The notes under the pieces: generated by a model
Seen by the model: only the letters and a program-made list of their open reading frames with translations
What the model was told of the DNA's origin: nothing
Databases searched by the model: none
Made by a program: the position numbers and the translations under genes
Part shown: positions 22,744 to 33,034 of the stretch, piece by piece
How the letters are laid out: every line of letters begins with the position of its first letter
How positions within the stretch are numbered: position 1 is the stretch's first letter
From: Octopus bimaculoides
Taxonomy: Eukaryota
Direction of reading: 5' to 3'
NCBI RefSeq assembly: GCF_001194135.2
Contig: NC_068998.1
Location: forward strand, 12,050,724-12,083,757
DNA: 33,034 bases

Positions 22744-23079
22744 CATCAAATATGTCAACATGAAGATATCTGTTAACATTAACATTTTTGACAACAGAGC
22801 CTGTCAAGTTACCAGGAAGCCACTAGGAAATCTATAACAACATAGAACATGGCTAGGCAGATGTGTTCAGCTGGGGAGGTTGGGACGGTGTATTAATCAA
22901 TTAGAATTACTTAGACGAGAGGCTCCTGATTACAGGAGCGGACAAAACAGTTAATTTGTACAATACAAGACTTATCTCTGCCTCTCACCTGAGGCGAAAG
23001 CAAATAATTGTCTCCTAACAATAGATAACAGATATTAACAGAAAACTGTAATAGAATATGTAACTGGATTATAGATACT

Positions 23080-23273
23080 TACATACATACATATATATAT
23101 GTTTTTGTGTATGTATGTGTGTACGTATGTATGTATATATGTGTGTGTGTATGCATGTGTGTGTTTGTATATATGTGTGTGTTTGTATGTATGTATATAT
23201 GTGTGTGTATATATGTATGTGTATATATATATATTTGTATATGTATGTATATATATATATATATTTGTATATG

Positions 23274-23323
<50 letters not shown>

Positions 23324-23460
23324 TATGTGTATATATGTAGATGTGTGTGTGTGCATAGGTATGCATGCATATGTGTACATATATATGTATGTATGTGTAT
23401 ATATGTATACATGTGTGTGTGTGTGTGTGTATAGGTATGTATGCATGTATGTAGGTATAG
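23080..23460. repeat. (TA)n/(TG)n/(TATG)n compound microsatellite
   Basis: Direct. Confidence 0.95.
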
Positions 23461-23468
23461 TTACTTAC

Positions 23469-23533
23469 ACTTGTAACTCTCTTGCCGTTCCTTTTCCTTC
23501 GAAAATCCTCCAGTTTTTTCCCACTGGTAAAAC
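23469..23533 (-). CDS. Candidate 65-nt internal exon of an unidentified host gene
   Basis: Strong acceptor TGTATTTTTGCATTTCAG|G and donor AGT|GTAAGT. All three frames are open, and the exon is purine-rich relative to its flanks. No protein recognised. Confidence 0.4.
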
Positions 23534-23819
23534 CTGAAATGCAAAAATACAAGGTAAAATGATAATTAATATGTCTGTTTTATGTATTAAAAATTTCCAA
23601 ATTCTTTTTCGATTTAGTTGTTATGCTACCTTATGTTCACTTTACCATACTATTGTGGACAAGATGACTATCTCATACTGGATATTAGCATATTATTAAA
23701 GAATTAACTGCTCCTTTATTGTCTATTCCATATTTATTCTTTGTAAGACTAATGTATCATTTCAAAATCATGTTTGTCGACACACCAGCTCTTTGAGTCA
23801 ACAAGGAATCCTCAATAAA

Positions 23820-24030
23820 GTCACTCAGCCTGCAAGAAAAAGGGATCTATATCTCCTTGAAAAAAAAAAATAACATGTTAGATAATGTTAAAATTAACAC
23901 ATTAATTAATTTATTAAAATGTCCTGAAAAAATAATGGAAGATAAGATGGTCATAGCTGGAATGCTTTTGATCATAGTATGCTTGATCAGACCTGACCTT
24001 GTGTTAAATAACAGCAAAAAAAAAACAACA
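23820..24030 (+). mobile_element. Possible further retroposon 3' fragment ending in (CAA)n-like sequence
   Basis: GATGGTCATAGCTGGAATGCTTTTGATCATAG...GATCAGACCTGACC..AAATAACAGC..ACAACA. Related short pieces occur at ~19225-19270 and ~19625-19680. Recognition is partly from memory of cephalopod repeats. Confidence 0.4.
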
Positions 24031-24312
24031 CACTAGTTCCTTTAAGCACTGTTCAAAAAGAAACATCAACTTTTGCTTTACAAACACACATGAAACAAGA
24101 AGGTTGATAACACAAAACACCACAACTTCCTTTCAAAATTCTGAACACAGAAATAACTTTTACCACTTGGCCAAAGAGATTGGACTTCCATCTAGCAAAG
24201 AACTTTGCAACCTGCTGCAGTACTGACCCTGAATAGATGGTTACAATCACTGGCTCAGGAATGAAATCAGCTTACAGGATGCAAACCCAGGCTCGAAATT
24301 TTTACAAAGTTT

Positions 24313-24488
24313 TTCTTCTTTTTTTTCATTTGTTTCAGTCATTTGACTGCAGCCGTGCTGGAGCACCGCTTTTAATCAAACAAATCGACCCCAGGATTTG
24401 CCCAAGGTGCTGCACAGTAGGACTGAACCTGAGATCTCACGGATGGGAAGCATTCTTCTTACCCACACAAACACACCTGTGCCTATAT
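24313..24488 (-). mobile_element. SINE family A, head fused to the tail end (middle deleted)
   Basis: Tail motif GCGGTGCTCCAGCACGGCTGCAGTCAAATGACTGAAAC is joined directly to head sequence CAGCACCTTGGGCAAA. Confidence 0.8.
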
Positions 24489-25550
24489 TATATATATTTT
24501 TCATTAATAAACTATTCCTGTGGAAGTAAATCAAAATGCTACATGGCAATTTTTGTTTTGGATAAATATCATAAATTTAGCAGTTGTTCATCTACAATTT
24601 GGTTACTGATACTCTACACTAGAAACAGAGTGTTAATAATCAGACGATGGATGAAAAGTGGAAGTCTATAATATTTAATAATATATCATTCTTCAGCTTC
24701 ATCTTTACTTTGGTAATGTAATATAGGAAAATTATCCTTGCATACTTCCTTGGTGCACTAAAAATAATGTAATATCGACAAGCTAAAATTCATAATTTCT
24801 ATAAGATTCCACTTCAATTGTAGTGACAATTACAGTTAGAACTATCTAAACTATACATTCAATTTTTTTTTTATTTTATTTTAATTTTTTTTAACTTTTC
24901 AATTAAAGTCTTCTATTTTGTTGTTATTTCTGAAATTCCTGAATGTCGTCAAAGGACGGGTTTATATGAAGAGTCTTTTAATAATGTTGTCTTACATGTT
25001 TCAACATGAATGAGATAAAGCCTTTTAAATTGGATACTGTACATTTCTTAGAATAAGTATGGAGTTATTTCTGCTGAATACAATATTGGCAGGTAGTGTC
25101 TACATATTAGATTGGCTGCCTGTTTTTGGCAGGAGCCTTAATGAAAACTTTGCTGCTAGTCAACTGACTGCCATACACTTGATGTTTGCTGAACTTTAAC
25201 CTATTCCAATTTGATATTGTTTTGATTCTTTCAAAGATGATTCCTCTCTGCTGATCGGAATATCAATTAACTTTTCACATTAACAAAAAAAAAAAAAGAA
25301 AGAAAGAAAGAATGAAAGAAAAAGATACTGACCAAGGAAATAAGAAAGAAAAGTTTTTAAAGAGTTGAGAATTTGAAAAGTGTAGCAGTTTGTCATGTGA
25401 GGAATATAATAAATTTGCAGTTTGATTCCATATAGTTGCATAAGTTTCTTTGCTATATGGAACTAGTTAATCTCTCTTTGTAATATACACGGCAGACATT
25501 AAGTCTACTCATATTATCTGACCATTTCCCAAATAAATTTTATCTACCTG

Positions 25551-25603
<53 letters not shown>

Positions 25604-26221
25604 NNNNNNNNNNNNNNNNNNNNNNNNNNNNNNNNNNNNNNNNNNNNNNNNNNNNNNNNNNNNNNNNNNNNNNNNNNNNNNNNNNNNNNNNNNNNNNNNN
25701 NNNNNNNNNNNNNNNNNNNNNNNNNNNNNNNNNNNNNNNNNNNNNNNNNNNNNNNNNNNNNNNNNNNNNNNNNNNNNNNNNNNNNNNNNNNNNNNNNNNN
25801 NNNNNNNNNNNNNNNNNNNNNNNNNNNNNNNNNNNNNNNNNNNNNNNNNNNNNNNNNNNNNNNNNNNNNNNNNNNNNNNNNNNNNNNNNNNNNNNNNNNN
25901 NNNNNNNNNNNNNNNNNNNNNNNNNNNNNNNNNNNNNNNNNNNNNNNNNNNNNNNNNNNNNNNNNNNNNNNNNNNNNNNNNNNNNNNNNNNNNNNNNNNN
26001 NNNNNNNNNNNNNNNNNNNNNNNNNNNNNNNNNNNNNNNNNNNNNNNNNNNNNNNNNNNNNNNNNNNNNNNNNNNNNNNNNNNNNNNNNNNNNNNNNNNN
26101 NNNNNNNNNNNNNNNNNNNNNNNNNNNNNNNNNNNNNNNNNNNNNNNNNNNNNNNNNNNNNNNNNNNNNNNTTGTCGTTACTTTAGTTTCGTCTGCTTCT
26201 TTATTGTCTTTTTAATCTCTT

Positions 26222-26524
26222 GGGCGATGACGAGGCTGTGGTTAGAAGCTTGCTTCACAACAACATCTCTATGTGTGTGTGTGTGTTTTCTGTGTCTTTG
26301 TTTGTCTCCACCACCACCACCACCACCACCACCACTTGACAACTGGTGTTGGTGTGTTTATGTCCCTGTAACTTAGCAGTTCAGCAAAAGATTCAGATAG
26401 AATAAGTACCAGGCTTTAAAAAAAAACTTAGAACTAGGGGCAATTTGTTCAACTAAAAATCCTTCAAGGTAGTGCCCCAGTATGGCCACAGTCAAATGAC
26501 TGAAACAAGTAAAAGATGAAAGAT
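26222..26524 (+). mobile_element. SINE family A, tail type 1
   Basis: Partial head, (TG)n/(CAC)n linker, then CTTGACAAC...GTAACTTAGC...GAATAAGTACCAGG...CCTTCAAGGTAGTGCCCCAGTATGGCCACAGTCAAATGACTGAAACAAGTAAAAGA. Confidence 0.88.
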
Positions 26525-26569
26525 CTAGTATACTCATGTATAGAATATGTAGAGTATGTATGTTTATGC

Positions 26570-26588
26570 ATGTGTGTGCGTGAGTGAA

Positions 26589-26619
<31 letters not shown>

Positions 26620-26806
26620 TATATTTATGCATCTATATATTTTTTTTTCTTTTTATGTTACATACGTCTGAGTGTATATATTTACACACACATACACACG
26701 TATAGAGTAAATATGTATGTATGTATGTATGTATGTATGCATGTATATATGTATGTATGTATGTATGTACTTATGTATGTATGTGTGTATGTAGGTATGT
26801 ATGTGT
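26570..26806. repeat. (TG)n/(TATG)n microsatellites
   Basis: Direct. Confidence 0.9.
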
Positions 26807-27639
26807 AACTTCACATGTGCTGTTGGTGTTCTTTTTTTTCCATCTTTGGACTTATCCGTTTTCATTTCTGGCAAAGAACTATGCTTGAAATGTCAAAAAC
26901 TCCCTCTTCCTACCGAGCGTCAAACTAATACATTAAATGATGATGATGAAGGCTGTCACCTCTTGACCAAAGGAGATCATCACTGACCAACAGCTCATGC
27001 GAAGTGTCAGCAATGTCTGTGCATGAGGTTGCTGCACCAGCAGTCAGCTTCACCCAAGTTCATGTCCATGGCTTCCATGCTTACTGTGGTGCTCTCTTAC
27101 TTGACCAGGAATCAGAAAGTTGCCTTGCAAACAATTGCACACCAATAAGTTTTATGTCCAAATAAGGCTTGCACAACACCTCACAGACCCTCCCCACCCT
27201 ACTGACATGATCCAGTGACAAGCCAAGCAAGATATTCGGTGCCAATATGGGTTGCAGGCTCAGCAATGTTGAAGCACTAGGATTTCAAGCATAAGCAAAA
27301 GATCACCAAAATTTTCAATGCCATTCCCTGCATATCTAGTTTTATATTTCCTAGAGGTATCTTTAACAAAAGCTCAGGGATGCCTCACTCCCAGTGGTCT
27401 TCTAGCATGCCACACACCAACCCAGAATTTCTGAGGGCCTATGCTATTGCTAGATAGTCATTGAACTGTCCTTTTGGTAGATTTTGTTTTCAGTCCTGCT
27501 GGGTTTCTAGCAACAACCATCACCAGGCAAGCCTAATGGGGGTGCCAGTTTAGTCAGTGGTAACCCGACCATGCAGCTGGTTGCAACTGGATTCCATGTT
27601 ACCAGTAGCACTCATGAGAGACCTTACAAATGACCTGAC

Positions 27640-27928
27640 ATATTATATGTGTATATATATATAGTTATACATATACATATATGCATATGTGCATACATAC
27701 ATACATACATACATACATACATACATACATACATACACACACACACATACATGCATACACACACATACATACATACATAGATACATACAATATTCTTTTG
27801 TTCACTCTATGGTGAACAAAAGGGTGAGAGTGTGGTAGGAGGTGAGAGGAGGCTAGAGAGAAAAAGCCAGAAAGAGAAAGAGAGCTAGAGAGAGAGAGAG
27901 AGAGCTAGAGAGAGCTAGAGAGAGAGAG

Positions 27929-27972
<44 letters not shown>

Positions 27973-27975
27973 AGA
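27640..27975. repeat. (TA)n/(TACA)n and (GA)n/(GAGAGCTA)n microsatellites
   Basis: Direct. Confidence 0.9.
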
Positions 27976-28263
27976 GATGGAGATGGACAACCATAAGACT
28001 GAGAGATGGTAAAATGTACAGAGTACAAACAGATCTAATGCAATCCCTTATACATAGGCCTAGCAGTGAGTAAAATAGGATCAGTGATATGAATACACCT
28101 ATAAGAGATTGAATATGGATAGATTGAATATCATCCCTTATTACACGGGCAGTATGTCACGGTAAATAGGAGAGAGAAAGTGAGTATCAAGAACAGGGGA
28201 GAAGATAAGCAGATAGAAAGAGGGGGAGAGAGCGAGAGATTCTGCGTTCCTTTTATCTCTTAC

Positions 28264-28299
28264 CTTCTCCAATGTTTTTAACATAAACATCATATAGGA
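28264..28299 (-). CDS. Candidate 36-nt internal exon of an unidentified host gene
   Basis: Acceptor CTATCTTCTGTACATTTCTCTAG| and donor AAG|GTAAGA. Length is a multiple of 3 and two frames are open (xLYDVYVKNIGE or SYMMFMLKTLEK). Confidence 0.35.
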
Positions 28300-28754
28300 C
28301 TAGAGAAATGTACAGAAGATAGATACAATCGGGTCTCTTGTTAAATTATAAGGATAATAATAAGTTGATGAATTTTTATAAGAGCTCTTCTGATGACTGC
28401 ATTTCACATTTAATACAGTTCACATCAAACAGAACAGCTCAACTCTAACATACTGTAAAATGAAGAAATGTCTCACTGCAAAAACAACACAACAGCATTA
28501 GCACTAAACCGCATCACATTCAAACAACGCTGTTTACAAAACACTATAAAAATATATGACAATGCAAAAAAAAAATAGAAGAAAAAACAGCAATAACAAC
28601 AACAATACAATAATAAAAACAATAAGTAAGGAAGTGCTGCTGCTATCACACTGCCTAACAGGATTGGTCTATCATGGAATATACAGTTTTAGATGGCATA
28701 TAAGACGCACTATTTTTCCTCCCCAAATATCTCGAAAAAATTACCCTGGGTCCT

Positions 28755-29015
28755 ATTGATTTCAAATTTTGGCACAAGGCCAGCAATTTGGGGGGGTAAG
28801 TCGATTACATTTACATTGACATCTCCACGCCGCCACCCCCCACTGCACCCTGAGTTCAACTGGAACTTATTTTTCATCGACCACCCACACCCACCTCACC
28901 CAAAGGATGAAAGACAACATTAACCTCAATGAAATTTGAACTCAGAGCATGAAGACAGAGGAATTGCTGCAAAGCATTTCGCCTGACATGCTAATGATTT
29001 GGCCAGCTCATCACC

Positions 29016-29017
<2 letters not shown>
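28755..29017 (-). mobile_element. SINE family C
   Basis: Reverse complement AAGGTGATGAGCTGGCCAAATCATTAGCATG...AAATGCTTTG...CTCTGAGTTCAAATT...GGCCTTGTGCCAAAATTTGAAATCAAT. Confidence 0.85.

Positions 29018-29055
<38 letters not shown>
29017..29055. repeat. (TAA)n microsatellite
   Basis: Direct. Confidence 0.95.
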
Positions 29056-29057
<2 letters not shown>

Positions 29058-29599
29058 GCCCTGATGCACTACCAGGCAGTGACTCTCATGGCTTCTGATC
29101 TTAACTGATTGGAAGTGTTATCATGTACATGTCTTGTTTTTTGCTATAAAAGATGGGCTACAGCAAATATCCTGCTCAATACCACAGATTTGCTTGTCAG
29201 TTGCTTGACCTTAACCAGTTGAGCATGTCCCTTGGTGGCTGATAATATGTGCATCTCTGATCATGAGCAGAAGTAGTGGGGGAGCATCATAATCATGTGG
29301 TGAGAGGAATTCTTTGGTGTTTGAATAATTCACCTCTGGAAACACTGGTGTTTCGTTCAACATCCTTAAATGAACCTTATTAAGAGACCTTTTGAGCAGG
29401 ATGTGCTACTCGACCTGAAGAAAATTCTAACAGGGCCCTACCTGAAAGGTCATGAGTTGTTTATCTTGATATGAGATCACTATGGTTGTGATGCATGCAC
29501 CTGATGTACCCTTATCAGACGGGTAGTCATGATGGATATACTGGGCTTCATATATTTTATCCCAGTGTCACTTTGATGGCATGCTCTGCTCTCTCGCTC
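29056..29599. mobile_element. Unclassified ~545-bp non-coding element bounded by (TAA)n on both sides
   Basis: Higher complexity and GC than its flanks, with sharp (TAA)n boundaries and no long ORF. It resembles a recurrent octopus repeat from memory. Only one copy is present here. Confidence 0.5.
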
Positions 29600-29617
29600 A
29601 ATAATAATAGTAATAAT

Positions 29618-29830
29618 GGTTTCAAAGTTTGGCACTAGGCCAGCAAATTAGGGTGAGAATGTAAGTCAACCAACCCCCACCAAAGCTCAACTGGCACTCA
29701 TTTTACCAACCCTAAAAGGACAGGAGGCAAAGTTGATCTCCAAGGAGTTTGAACTCAGAATACAAAGATAGGCGAAGTGCCACCGACCATTTTGCCTAGC
29801 ATGATAATGATTCTGCAAGCTTGCCACCTT
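29618..29830 (-). mobile_element. SINE family C
   Basis: Reverse complement AAGGTGGCAAGCTTGCAGAATCATTATCATGC...TTCTGAGTTCAAACT...CTTTGCCTCC...GGCCTAGTGCCAAACTTTGAAACC, followed by an (ATT)n tail. Confidence 0.8.
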
Positions 29831-29913
29831 ATGTTGCCTTAAATATCACATGCATTACTGCACTGAAAACGATTTTTCTTCAATATATGCTGGTAAAATT
29901 GGGGTGTGTTTAA

Positions 29914-30120
29914 TGAGTCTTGGACATTTACACTCCTTCCATGGACAATAACCCTACTACCACCACCACCAAGGACAATTACCCCTAAGGACAACAGATG
30001 ATTTAAAACTTCTTAATATATTGGAGATGGGGGCGGGTCATTAACCAAAGGGGGGTAATTGTCATAGGGTGTAGTTGTCATCGGGGGAATTGTCCTATGA
30101 GGGGTAATTGTCCTGATTCA
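29914..30120. mobile_element. Palindromic MITE-like element built of subterminal GGACAAT(T)ACCC units
   Basis: Left arm has GGACA... units at ~29920, 29943, 29973 and 29989. Right arm has four reverse-complement units, including a perfect 15-bp match between AGGACAATTACCCCT (29972-29986) and AGGGGTAATTGTCCT (30100-30114). No clear TSD. Confidence 0.65.
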
Positions 30121-30641
30121 GTACTTAATATGCCAGTGCGTCGTTTATGCCATCAAAAACAGAATTTAAAAGAGAGATAAAGCAACACTTCACAAACAAA
30201 AATAAACTTTGTAAACCTGAAAGAAAACATTTTTTAAATTCTGCAATACAACATTAACAACATCAAAACACCTCCATGGAACTGACAGATTTAACTATTT
30301 CATTTAATCATTGCACATAACATCCATTATAACAATAATTCAGGAAACAGTTTACTACCGGTATGTGGAACACTGTATACACATATTCAAATTAGATTTA
30401 CAGACTCGGTAACGAGGCTGTCTAATAACCTATTAAAATTTGATAAAATGTTAAAATCATGCATCCAGCACATAAAGTATCACAAATGACACAATTATAT
30501 TTATGACCTTCTTAAAATTTAAAGGCTTACAGACAAAATAGGATGCTTTCCTTTACAAACTTGGTACCAAGCAGATGGCCAGGCAAAATTAAAGCTAAAA
30601 AAAGAGAAAAAAAAGAAAACATACATACATACAAGCAGACA

Positions 30642-30681
<40 letters not shown>

Positions 30682-31312
30682 NNNNNNNNNNNNNNNNNNN
30701 NNNNNNNNNNNNNNNNNNNNNNNNNNNNNNNNNNNNNNNNNNNNNNNNNNNNNNNNNNNNNNNNNNNNNNNNNNNNNNNNNNNNNNNNNNNNNNNNNNNN
30801 NNNNNNNNNNNNNNNNNNNNNNNNNNNNNNNNNNNNNNNNNNNNNNNNNNNNNNNNNNNNNNNNNNNNNNNNNNNNNNNNNNNNNNNNNNNNNNNNNNNN
30901 NNNNNNNNNNNNNNNNNNNNNNNNNNNNNNNNNNNNNNNNNNNNNNNNNNNNNNNNNNNNNNNNNNNNNNNNNNNNNNNNNNNNNNNNNNNNNNNNNNNN
31001 NNNNNNNNNNNNNNNNNNNNNNNNNNNNNNNNNNNNNNNNNNNNNNNNNNNNNNNNNNNNNNNNNNNNNNNNNNNNNNNNNNNNNNNNNNNNNNNNNNNN
31101 NNNTTATATGCATTACTTTATAACATATGCATTTGAGAAGCTGAAAACATCGAGAAGTGCTTACACAACCTCTTTCTGTAAGTTCAGTATTAATCAGCTT
31201 CTTTTAAAGATCTTTTTTTTAATGATTACTAACTTTTAATTAAAGAAAATACTTTTCCAATTATTGTGACTGTATCAAGAAATTTTCCTAAAAATATTTT
31301 ATACATGCCACA

Positions 31313-31688
31313 GGTGCAGGAGTGGCTGTGTGGTAAGCAGCTTGCTTACCAGCCACATGGTTCCAGGTTCAGTCCCACTGCATGGCACCTTGGGCAAGTG
31401 TCTTCTACTATAGCCTTGGGCTGACCAAGTGAGTGGATTTGGTAGACTGAAACTGAAAGAAGCCTGTCGTATGTATATATATGTATATGTATGTATATGT
31501 ATGTAAGTATGTATATATATATATATATGTATATATATGTATGTGTGTGTGTATATGTTTGTATGTCTGTGTTTGTCCCCCAACATTGCTTGACAACCAA
31601 AGCTAGTGCCTTTACGTCCCTCTAATTGAGTGGCTCCCTTCCCAAAAATCTCGAGGCTTGTACCTAGAGTAGAAAAGATTATTATTAA
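31313..31688 (+). mobile_element. SINE family A head and linker fused to a family C 3' end
   Basis: Well-conserved A head (GGAGTGGCTGTGTGGTAAG...AAACTGAAAGAAGCCTGTCG), (TA/TG)n linker, start of tail 1 (CTTGACAACC), then CCCAAAAAT..GGCTTGTACCTAGAGTAGAAAAGATTATTATT as at 31867-31911. Confidence 0.75.
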
Positions 31689-31911
31689 AGGCGGCGAGCT
31701 GGCAGAAACGTTAGCATGCCGGGCAAAATGCTTAGCGGTATTTCATGTCTTTATATTCTGAGTTCAAATTCCACAGAGGTTGACTTTGCTTTTCATCCAT
31801 TCGGGGTCGATAAATTAAGTATCAGTTGTGTACTGGAGTCAATCTGATCAACAGGCCCCCACTCACCCAAAATTTCGGGTTTTGTGCTTAGAGTAGAAAA
31901 GAAAAGAATTT
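31688..31911 (+). mobile_element. SINE family C, full length
   Basis: AAAGGCGGCGAGCTGGCAGAAACGTTAGCATGCCGGGCAAAATGCTTAGCGG...CTGAGTTCAAATTCC...GTGCTTAGAGTAGAAAAG. Confidence 0.88.
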
Positions 31912-31945
31912 GCAGAGACAAAAGTGCATATAATTTTCGACTTAC

Positions 31946-32038
31946 CATCAATAATATATCTTTTTTAATGGCTACTTTTCTACTTTTTCTTGCTGGCATA
32001 TTTTTGGAGAATATTGAAACAAGAGGCACTGCTTGCAT
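31946..32038 (-). CDS. Candidate exon ending in a consensus donor (possible first coding exon)
   Basis: ATG|GTAAGT donor at 31946/31945. Only one frame is open (MQAVPLVSIFSKNMPARKSRKVAIKKDILLM). The 5' boundary is uncertain. Confidence 0.2.
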
Positions 32039-32640
32039 AACAGTCACACTCTTTTACAACTTATGTGTGATGCCCGAGACAAGGAGACAGTAACATACAC
32101 ACACACACACACCTAGACACCTACACACATACATGTATACATACATGCAGAGATGTATATAATTGTGTATATATATATGTGAAATCTCGAGGTATAGAAT
32201 TATCCAATATTTTTTGTATCTTCTTGCTAATTCCCTTGCGTTTGTACCTGTGGTTGAATACAGAGAACAAATTGTGGAGTGGCTTGTAGATATTTGACAC
32301 CTATTTCTAGCATTGGTGATGGTCATTTCCAGTAGCCCTTAACTATAATTATATACATAAAAAAATTAATGTTATCTATACAGTCATTTTTAAGTGTTAG
32401 GCCACTGATATAATCATTTTATCTTATATCTATATATATATATATATATATATTATATCTATATATATAAATACATGTATACACACACACATACATATGT
32501 CATAATTATATCTATAAATAACTGCATAGCGTTGACCAAGTTCTTAGCACAGCAGATAGACAACCTTACAAGCTTCTCCTGTTTGTCTGCAAACTAAGTC
32601 CAAATCTTGCCAAGTTCAACTCTGCATTTTAATTCTTTAG

Positions 32641-32763
32641 GCAAGGGCATAGCTATGTAGTAAGACATTTACAGTGCTATGGCTGGTTCAGTCCCACTGT
32701 GAGCAACTGTCTTTTACCATATCCCTGAGCCCCAGGTTGATTTAGTGGACAGAAACTGAAACC

Positions 32764-32807
<44 letters not shown>

Positions 32808-33008
32808 ATCCATCCAACCACCACAACCAGCGCTGGTTTGTTTATGCCTCTGTAACTTAGCAGTTTAGCAAAAAGAGACCAATAGAATAAGTACCAGTGT
32901 TAGAATACGTATACGTAACTACTGAGTCAGTTTGGTCAACAGACGTTTTCAGGGTAGTGCCCCATGATCGCCGCTGTAAAAACACTGAAAGAAGTAGAAG
33001 ATAAAAGA
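32641..33008 (+). mobile_element. SINE family A, tail type 1, diverged
   Basis: Degenerate head (GGTTCAGTCCCACTG), (TG)n linker, GTAACTTAGC...GAATAAGTACCAG...GGTAGTGCCCCA...GATAAAAGATA. Confidence 0.8.
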
Positions 33009-33034
33009 TATATATATATATATATACTACATAT

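Noticed and set aside
26990-27640. Higher-complexity segment that might be coding or LINE-derived
   Set aside because: No recognisable motif in the frames examined, stops are frequent, and there is no second copy in the window.
28040-28170. Imperfect duplicated ATCCCTTAT...GTAAAATAGGA motif, possibly a Helitron-like fragment
   Set aside because: No terminal hairpin or CTAG end was identified, so the evidence is too weak to call.
30125-30216. Strong minus-strand acceptor GTTTTCTTTCAG|G at 30217/30216
   Set aside because: All three frames reach stops within ~95 nt and there is no convincing donor. It could only be a UTR exon.

Overview
This is AT-rich, repeat-dominated eukaryotic DNA from a gapped draft scaffold with 10 N-gaps, almost all bordered by microsatellites. 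The SINE families and microsatellite load suggest an octopus or other coleoid genome; that is inferred from recognised repeats, not verified. No intact host gene can be called. Most ORFs in the supplied track are microsatellite or N translations. The window holds decayed mobile DNA. (1) A 5'-truncated Penelope-like element on the minus strand with RT (GLYRDD) and GIY-YIG remnants, ~5980-7387. (2) An L1/Tx1-clade LINE 3' fragment abutting (TC)n, ~7430-8312. (3) An RTE-type endonuclease fossil, ~10490-11040. (4) A mariner-type MITE with 21-bp TIRs and a TA duplication, 11126-11326. (5) Adjacent RTE and CR1-group LINE 3' ends, 15560-16230. (6) A Ty3/gypsy RT-RNase H fragment, ~18095-18405. (7) An internally deleted gypsy element with two LTR copies, a tRNA-Leu PBS and a gag pseudogene, 20614-22594. 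(8) About 17 copies or fragments of three tRNA-derived SINE families, labelled A, B and C here. The most notable patterns are four. One SINE head carries two alternative tails, each matching a different LINE 3' end present in this window. Two different heads share one 3' body. Three same-strand elements are stacked at (ATT)n tracts. Several minus-strand candidate micro-exons may belong to an unidentified host gene.
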